Positions 59,020 through 64,000 of a DNA stretch of 64,000 bases are shown here, piece by piece (the stretch's first letter is position 1; each line of letters opens with the position of its first letter). The position numbers were made by a program, and so were the translations under genes. Source of the stretch: an uncultured virus (IMG/VR IMGVR_UViG_3300021087_000002). Its lineage: Duplodnaviria > Heunggongvirae > Uroviricota > Caudoviricetes. The notes below the pieces were generated by a model. That model had not been told where the DNA came from. It did not search any database and saw only the letters and a list, made by a program, of their open reading frames with translations. The stretch is taken from the IMG/VR virus record IMGVR_UViG_3300021087_000002; one strand, 5' to 3'.

Positions 59020-60336
59020 ATGAACAATACATACGACAATCTAGTCGAAAAATGGAACCCGGTTCTCAATGAAGAAGCCGCTGGTTCTATCACAGACTCA
59101 CACAAACGCTCGGTTACAGCCGCTCTTTTGGAAAACACTGAAAAGGCTCTTGCTGAAGAGCGTCAGTTGACAGAGGCCGCACCGACTAACTCAACAGGCG
59201 CAAACGTTGCAAACTGGGATCCAATTTTGATCTCACTAGTTCGTCGTGCCGCTCCAAACATGTTGGCATACGACTTAGCTGGTGTTCAGCCTATGTCAGG
59301 TCCAACAGGATTGATCTTCGCAATGAAGTCAAAGTACACATCACAAGGTGGTACAGAGGCTCTATTCAACGAAGCAGACACACGTTTCTCAGGTACACAA
59401 AACTCTGCGGCACAACCATCAAGCCCATCAGGTCTTGACGTAGCTAACGCAAATGATGCGGCAACAATCGACTCAGACCGTTTGACAGCACTTGCTGTTG
59501 GTGGTATGGCTACAGATTCTGCTGAAGCATTGGGCGATGCGGCAGGTAACGCATTCCCTGAGATGGGTTTCTCAATCGAAAAAGCAACAGTGACAGCGAA
59601 GTCACGTGCTTTGAAAGCTGAGTACTCACTAGAACTCGCACAAGACTTGAAAGCAATCCATGGTTTGGATGCTGAAACAGAATTGGCAAACATCTTGTCA
59701 ACTGAAATCTTGTCAGAAATGAACCGTGAAGTTATCCGTACAATCAACTCACAAGCTAAATCAGGTGCACAACAGTCAAACGTTGCAGTACGTGGTATCT
59801 TTAACATGAGTACAGATGCTGATGGTCGTTGGTCTGCTGAGAAGTTCAAAGGTCTTATGGTACAAATTGAACGTGAAGCAAACGCAATTGCTAAAGAAAC
59901 ACGTAGAGGAAAAGGTAACGTAGTTATGTGTTCTTCTGATGTTGCTTCTGCATTGGCGGCGGCTGGCATGTTGGATTATGCTCCAGCGATCTCTGCTAAC
60001 TTGAACGTAGATGACACAGGTAACTTGTTTGCTGGTGTTCTTAACGGACGTACAAAAGTGTACATCGATCCATATGCAACAGTAGACTACGTAACAGTAG
60101 GCTATAAAGGCACAAACCCATACGATGCTGGTGTATTCTATTGCCCATACGTTCCATTGACAATGATGAGAGCAGTTGGCGAAGATACATTCCAACCAAA
60201 AATCGGTTTCAAAACACGCTACGGCATGGTTTCTAACCCATTCGTTGGTGCAACTGCGGCTAACGGTCTTGCAACTGCTAAGACTAACCAGTACTACCGT
60301 ATCTTCCGTGTAGACAACATCATGGTTTCTGCATAA
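59020..60336 (+). CDS. gp23: Major capsid protein gp23
   Basis: GVQPMSGPTGLIFAM, ELAQDLKAIHGLDAE, FQPKIGFKTRYG. Confidence 0.97.
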   Translation: MNNTYDNLVEKWNPVLNEEAAGSITDSHKRSVTAALLENTEKALAEERQLTEAAPTNSTGANVANWDPILISLVRRAAPNMLAYDLAGVQPMSGPTGLIFAMKSKYTSQGGTEALFNEADTRFSGTQNSAAQPSSPSGLDVANANDAATIDSDRLTALAVGGMATDSAEALGDAAGNAFPEMGFSIEKATVTAKSRALKAEYSLELAQDLKAIHGLDAETELANILSTEILSEMNREVIRTINSQAKSGAQQSNVAVRGIFNMSTDADGRWSAEKFKGLMVQIEREANAIAKETRRGKGNVVMCSSDVASALAAAGMLDYAPAISANLNVDDTGNLFAGVLNGRTKVYIDPYATVDYVTVGYKGTNPYDAGVFYCPYVPLTMMRAVGEDTFQPKIGFKTRYGMVSNPFVGATAANGLATAKTNQYYRIFRVDNIMVSA

Positions 60337-60349
60337 ACATAAAAAATGA

Positions 60350-60418
60350 GGTGGGGATTAAACCCCACCCACACAGGCTATCGCTTCTAGGTATCAACTA
60401 AGGCGGTAGCCTTTTTTT
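60350..60418 (+). terminator. Double hairpin / rho-independent terminator after gp23
   Basis: GGTGGGG...CCCCACC (60350-60369), then AGGCTATCGC...GCGGTAGCCT plus a T-run (60375-60418). Confidence 0.75.
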
Positions 60419-61166
60419 ATGCCAAATACTCAGGTAGCTTATTTACTTTGTTTACGAATTGATGATATGCACTTGTAACCTTATAGTGGTTATAGAAGAA
60501 ATGCTTCTTAAGTGTTTTCCATATCGATTTCTCTAACATAGGATATCCAAATGAAAGTACGATACATTCATAATGTCGATAGTTTCTACAAGTCTGTATG
60601 TTCCAAAACTTAGTTAGATCTAAATCTGTGTAAGGTTTTTGCCTTCTGAGTTGTTGTGGGGCTTCTTCATACAATGAATCGTCATATACAATATGCAACG
60701 TAATACCACCATCAGACCACCAAGGAATTGCACCACAAGGTCTTTCAACAGTATTAATAACATTATCATACCAATGGATATCACACTTAAGGTTATCTAC
60801 ATTTGATATGAATTCTTTCTTTTGTTCTTTGGTATTGAATAATACACCAATGTATCTGTGCTTAGAATCGTCATGGCCTTGACAGGATGTAAACGTTAAG
60901 TAACCCTTCTCATGTAACCCAAGCACAGCATCTTTAATCTCAGGTTCTAGGTTATTGTCTATGATGTCAGAATATTGGCTAACAAACGTACTAACATAGT
61001 TACCGTCTTCATCTTTAAAGCAATATGTTCTACCGTTGATCAGATGGTCATTACCCTTGACAAACATAGCATAACGATGACCATCTTCCGCAGTCTTACG
61101 AATAAGTTTGCTTGATTCATATTGGTGTTGGTATGGAACAACTATTTCATAGTGGGTCTTGAACAA
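60417..61166 (-). CDS. Hypothetical protein
   Basis: 249 aa; LHEKGYLTFTSCQGH motif; function unrecognised. Confidence 0.6.
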   Translation of the reverse strand: MFKTHYEIVVPYQHQYESSKLIRKTAEDGHRYAMFVKGNDHLINGRTYCFKDEDGNYVSTFVSQYSDIIDNNLEPEIKDAVLGLHEKGYLTFTSCQGHDDSKHRYIGVLFNTKEQKKEFISNVDNLKCDIHWYDNVINTVERPCGAIPWWSDGGITLHIVYDDSLYEEAPQQLRRQKPYTDLDLTKFWNIQTCRNYRHYECIVLSFGYPMLEKSIWKTLKKHFFYNHYKVTSAYHQFVNKVNKLPEYLA

Positions 61167-61344
61167 GGATCTTTCCTAAATCTATTTTATCGAATAACGC
61201 ATCATATCTATCTAGCTGAAGTTTACAATGCTTCTTTGCATTCTCATCAGGAGAGTCCATAGCCTCTAAGGTCTTTAACATATTATCCAATGAAATGGCG
61301 TTTGACTGTGCTCTACACAGTTCTTCGTTTGTTATATATTGCAT
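61147..61344 (-). CDS. Hypothetical protein
   Basis: 65 aa, overlaps both neighbours in an operon-like way. Confidence 0.5.
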   Translation of the reverse strand: MQYITNEELCRAQSNAISLDNMLKTLEAMDSPDENAKKHCKLQLDRYDALFDKIDLGKILVQDPL

Positions 61345-61574
61345 AATGGAAAATCCTTTTCTAAACAGTAATCAATTTCTTGTTGAAGTGCATTAGAGTG
61401 CTTATGATCTAAACCTTCTACTTGCATAGCTAAATGCATATCGGCAGATACAAAGTCCCAATTGTAAGAACCATCGTCTTCGACATAGTCTCTGTCAAGT
61501 CTACCGATAATTTCAGCATATATTGGTTTAAACACTTTAAGTAGTTCGAAGTAGCTTTCGTTTATAGTAGGCAT
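61332..61574 (-). CDS. Hypothetical early protein
   Basis: Start set at MPTINE, downstream of the sigma70-type promoter. Confidence 0.55.
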   Translation of the reverse strand: MPTINESYFELLKVFKPIYAEIIGRLDRDYVEDDGSYNWDFVSADMHLAMQVEGLDHKHSNALQQEIDYCLEKDFPLCNI

Positions 61575-61603
61575 TGATTCGCTTTCTTTGTTGTTATACA
61601 TAT

Positions 61604-61632
61604 TTTATAGCATGCGATTCGTTAGATGTCAA
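61604..61632 (-). promoter_or_regulatory. Sigma70-type (early) promoter
   Basis: TTGACA-17 nt-TATAAA with TGn extension. Confidence 0.65.
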
Positions 61633-61645
61633 GTGTTATTTTGTG

Positions 61646-61653
61646 TATAAATA
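61646..61653 (+). promoter_or_regulatory. T4-type late promoter
   Basis: TATAAATA upstream of the iscA-like gene. Confidence 0.75.
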
Positions 61654-61673
61654 GAGGTGAAGAGGAGATCTAT

Positions 61674-62033
61674 ATGACTATATGTACAGTGACACCAAGA
61701 GCAAATGAACAGATCAGTAAACTTTGTTCTGAAAACAAATGTGATGCAATTAGCCTAAACCTAAAAGGTGGTGGTTGCGCTGGGTTTGAATATGATTGGG
61801 GTACAATGATGGCAGACCAGATCGGACCTCAAGACGAAGTTATTGAATGTGATACAGGAAGATTTGTTATCAGTGTAGATAGTGTGATGTTTCTAATCGG
61901 AACTGAGGTTGATTATGTCCACAGTTTGACTGGAAGTAACTTTGAGATCAATAACCCAAATGCTAAGAGTAGTTGTGGATGTGGAGTCAGTGTAAACTTT
62001 GACTTAGACGCTATGACTATTCCACAATTTTAA
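61674..62033 (+). CDS. iscA: A-type Fe-S cluster carrier (IscA/SufA/HesB family)
   Basis: GGGCAGFEY, GTEVDY, NPNAKSSCGCGVS; GAGGAG RBS. Confidence 0.9.
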   Translation: MTICTVTPRANEQISKLCSENKCDAISLNLKGGGCAGFEYDWGTMMADQIGPQDEVIECDTGRFVISVDSVMFLIGTEVDYVHSLTGSNFEINNPNAKSSCGCGVSVNFDLDAMTIPQF

Positions 62034-62042
62034 GGAAACCCT

Positions 62043-62534
62043 ATGGCAACTTTAACTAAGAACGAGAACTTCCTGCAGCCCACAGGATACAAAGTAAGTA
62101 TTAATAGGAAGAATTATCCTAACCTTGAGTTCTTTGTGCAAGCAATTGTACACCCATCAGTATCTGTAGCGCAGACTGAGGTGCAATATTCTCGTGTTGC
62201 AGTGCATACACCTGGGGATAAGATCCTATACGATGAGTTGTCTTTAGAGTTACTATTAGACGAAAACTTGACTGGATATAAAGAAATGTACAGTTGGTTA
62301 GAACGTTTGGTTCTGCAATCTGAACAGAAAGCAACTGACAGCAATACAGTAGCTACAACTGCGGATATTACATTGTCAATATTGTCTAGTCACAATAACA
62401 CAACTAACAAGTTTATCTATAGAGACTGCATTCCTACTTTGATTGGTGCAGTTAACTTAACAGCTAATGCGAGTGATGTGCAGTACATAACAGTACCTAT
62501 CTCATTCAGTTTTACCTACTTTGACATCGTATAG
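62043..62534 (+). CDS. gp3: Tail completion protein gp3
   Basis: NFLQPTGY...FFVQ...PGDK..Y..L...DENL..Y.E.Y.W; position after gp23 and before uvsY. Confidence 0.8.
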   Translation: MATLTKNENFLQPTGYKVSINRKNYPNLEFFVQAIVHPSVSVAQTEVQYSRVAVHTPGDKILYDELSLELLLDENLTGYKEMYSWLERLVLQSEQKATDSNTVATTADITLSILSSHNNTTNKFIYRDCIPTLIGAVNLTANASDVQYITVPISFSFTYFDIV

Positions 62535-62567
62535 ATAAGGTATATAAAATGATTATGGAGTTTGATA

Positions 62568-63011
62568 ATGAACCTAGAAACCGTTCTGGAAATGTGGAAA
62601 ACCGATAGTGCTATTGAACAGTTTAACTTAGATGAGACTAGTAGAAATACACCAGTACTACACGCAAAGTATCTAGAACTTCTATCGATTGCAAAGTTGC
62701 AGTTGAAGAAGGCAGAACTTTCACAAAAATCCTTACTTAAAAAGAAATGGCTATACTATAATGGTAAGCTAACCCAAGATCAGATTGAAGATCTAGGTTG
62801 GGAATTCGATCCTTTCAATGGCTTAAAAGTCCTTAAGGGTGAGATGGATTACTATTATGATGCAGATACAGACATCCAAAAAACTGTAGAACTAATCACT
62901 CTACGAAAGACTAATGTTGAGGCGTTGACAGAGATTGTTACTAATCTTAATTGGAGACACCAAACAATCGGAAATATGATCAGGTGGAGGCAATTCGAGG
63001 CCGGTGGATAA
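62568..63011 (+). CDS. uvsY: Recombination mediator UvsY
   Basis: W..DS.I...LD......P.LHAKYL, KWLYYNGK; precedes uvsW. Confidence 0.85.
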   Translation: MNLETVLEMWKTDSAIEQFNLDETSRNTPVLHAKYLELLSIAKLQLKKAELSQKSLLKKKWLYYNGKLTQDQIEDLGWEFDPFNGLKVLKGEMDYYYDADTDIQKTVELITLRKTNVEALTEIVTNLNWRHQTIGNMIRWRQFEAGG

Positions 63012-64000
63012 ACTAGTAATAACGCAGAAGAATCAATCTGTATGTCTTGTACATACTATACCAGGAATAGCAAATGAGTTAGTTGACTTTTTCTCATTCT
63101 ATGTTCCGGGATATAAGTTCGTACCTTCTTATAGAAATAAGATGTGGGATGGTAAGATCCGTCTCTTTAATGCACAATCGTGTGAATTGCCTATTGGTCT
63201 TTTCTCATACGTACAGGAGTTTGCCAAAGCACGTGGATATGTGATTGAGGTAGAACATGATGCATACTATGGCAGACCAGACAGTACAAATGATATAGCC
63301 TTCGATGACTTAATTGACTTTGTGAAAGAGTTAACTTTGTCAAGTAGAGGTTCTCAGATTGCTCCAAGAGAGTATCAACTAGAGGCAATGGTTGAAGCAG
63401 TGCATCGCAAAAGAGCTATCCTACTATCACCGACAGGTTCTGGTAAGTCATTAATCATCTATATGCTGATGCGTTGGATGTTAGCTAATAGCACTAAAAA
63501 GGTGCTAATCATTGTCCCAACAACATCTTTAGTTCAACAGATGTATGCAGACTTCGAAGACTATTCTACATACGATGAGAGTTGGGATGTGGAGAATATG
63601 TGTCATAGGATCTACCAAGGGAAGCCTAAGATGAACATGAGCCAACGTGTCTTTATATCTACATGGCAGTCAATCTATAAACTACCAGGAGTTTGGTTTG
63701 AGCAGTTTGGTACAGTATTTGGTGATGAGGTTCATAACTTTAAGTCTAAATCATTAACAGGTATCATGAATAAGAGTAGAGAGGCTGAATATAGATTTGG
63801 TACGACTGGTACGTTAGATGGAACTAAGACACACAAACTTGTACTAGAGGGACTTTTTGGGCGTATATATAATGTTACAACCACCAAAAAGCTTCAAGAC
63901 GATAACACACTGGCACCACTAGACATTAAGGTTCTATTGCTAAAGTATCCAGAAGAAGTTAGAAAAGCTTGGGGGAAGAAAGAATACCATCAAGAGATAG
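63004..64000 (+). CDS. uvsW: UvsW DNA helicase (truncated by window end)
   Basis: Manual translation from GTG 63004: ...WDGKIRLF...PREYQ...SPTGSGKS...VPTTSLV...TWQS...GDEVH...GTTGT. Confidence 0.9.
   Translation, partial: MDKLVITQKNQSVCLVHTIPGIANELVDFFSFYVPGYKFVPSYRNKMWDGKIRLFNAQSCELPIGLFSYVQEFAKARGYVIEVEHDAYYGRPDSTNDIAFDDLIDFVKELTLSSRGSQIAPREYQLEAMVEAVHRKRAILLSPTGSGKSLIIYMLMRWMLANSTKKVLIIVPTTSLVQQMYADFEDYSTYDESWDVENMCHRIYQGKPKMNMSQRVFISTWQSIYKLPGVWFEQFGTVFGDEVHNFKSKSLTGIMNKSREAEYRFGTTGTLDGTKTHKLVLEGLFGRIYNVTTTKKLQDDNTLAPLDIKVLLLKYPEEVRKAWGKKEYHQEI

Noticed and set aside
59286..60195. Long antisense ORFs over gp23 (and similar ones over gp18 and fibre genes)
   Set aside because: Shadow ORFs from codon bias of the sense genes; no RBS or motifs.
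51120..60336. Introns, inteins or homing endonucleases in gp17, gp20 or gp23
   Set aside because: The ORFs are continuous and of normal length, with no intein or HNH/GIY-YIG motifs seen.
1..64000. tRNA or rRNA genes
   Set aside because: Intergenic gaps are short and no cloverleaf was recognised by eye; tRNAscan-SE would be needed to exclude them formally.

Overview
The window is a 64 kb segment of a T4-like myovirus genome, AT-rich and probably marine. The core late block is gp13-gp14-gp15-gp16-gp17-gp18-gp19-gp20-gp67/68-gp21-gp22-gp23, then gp3-UvsY-UvsW, with TATAAATA late promoters and several tail/fibre proteins upstream. Two large accessory enzyme islands sit among the virion genes. 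Island 1 (8.1-21.7 kb) encodes glycosyltransferases, a methyltransferase-like protein, a carbamoyltransferase, a DegT aminotransferase, two QueC-like PP-loop proteins, a nitroreductase, three radical SAM enzymes and a 2OG oxygenase, and is read from face-to-face late promoters. Island 2 (32.1-47.8 kb) has two paralogous 128-aa proteins with an identical C-terminal CHSSCHTSCHTSRGRR tail, translationally coupled to a collagen-like fibre gene. They are followed by nine radical SAM genes, a JmjC/cupin, a 2OG oxygenase and a three-domain GT25 + PLOD-glycosyltransferase + lysyl-hydroxylase enzyme. The best candidates for undescribed systems are a phage RiPP-like or virion-protein radical-SAM maturation system, and a phage collagen hydroxylysine-glycosylation system acting on Pro-poor, Lys/Thr-rich collagen fibres. 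A late-expressed IscA-type Fe-S carrier may supply clusters. All calls rest on motif recognition by eye; no database searches were run.
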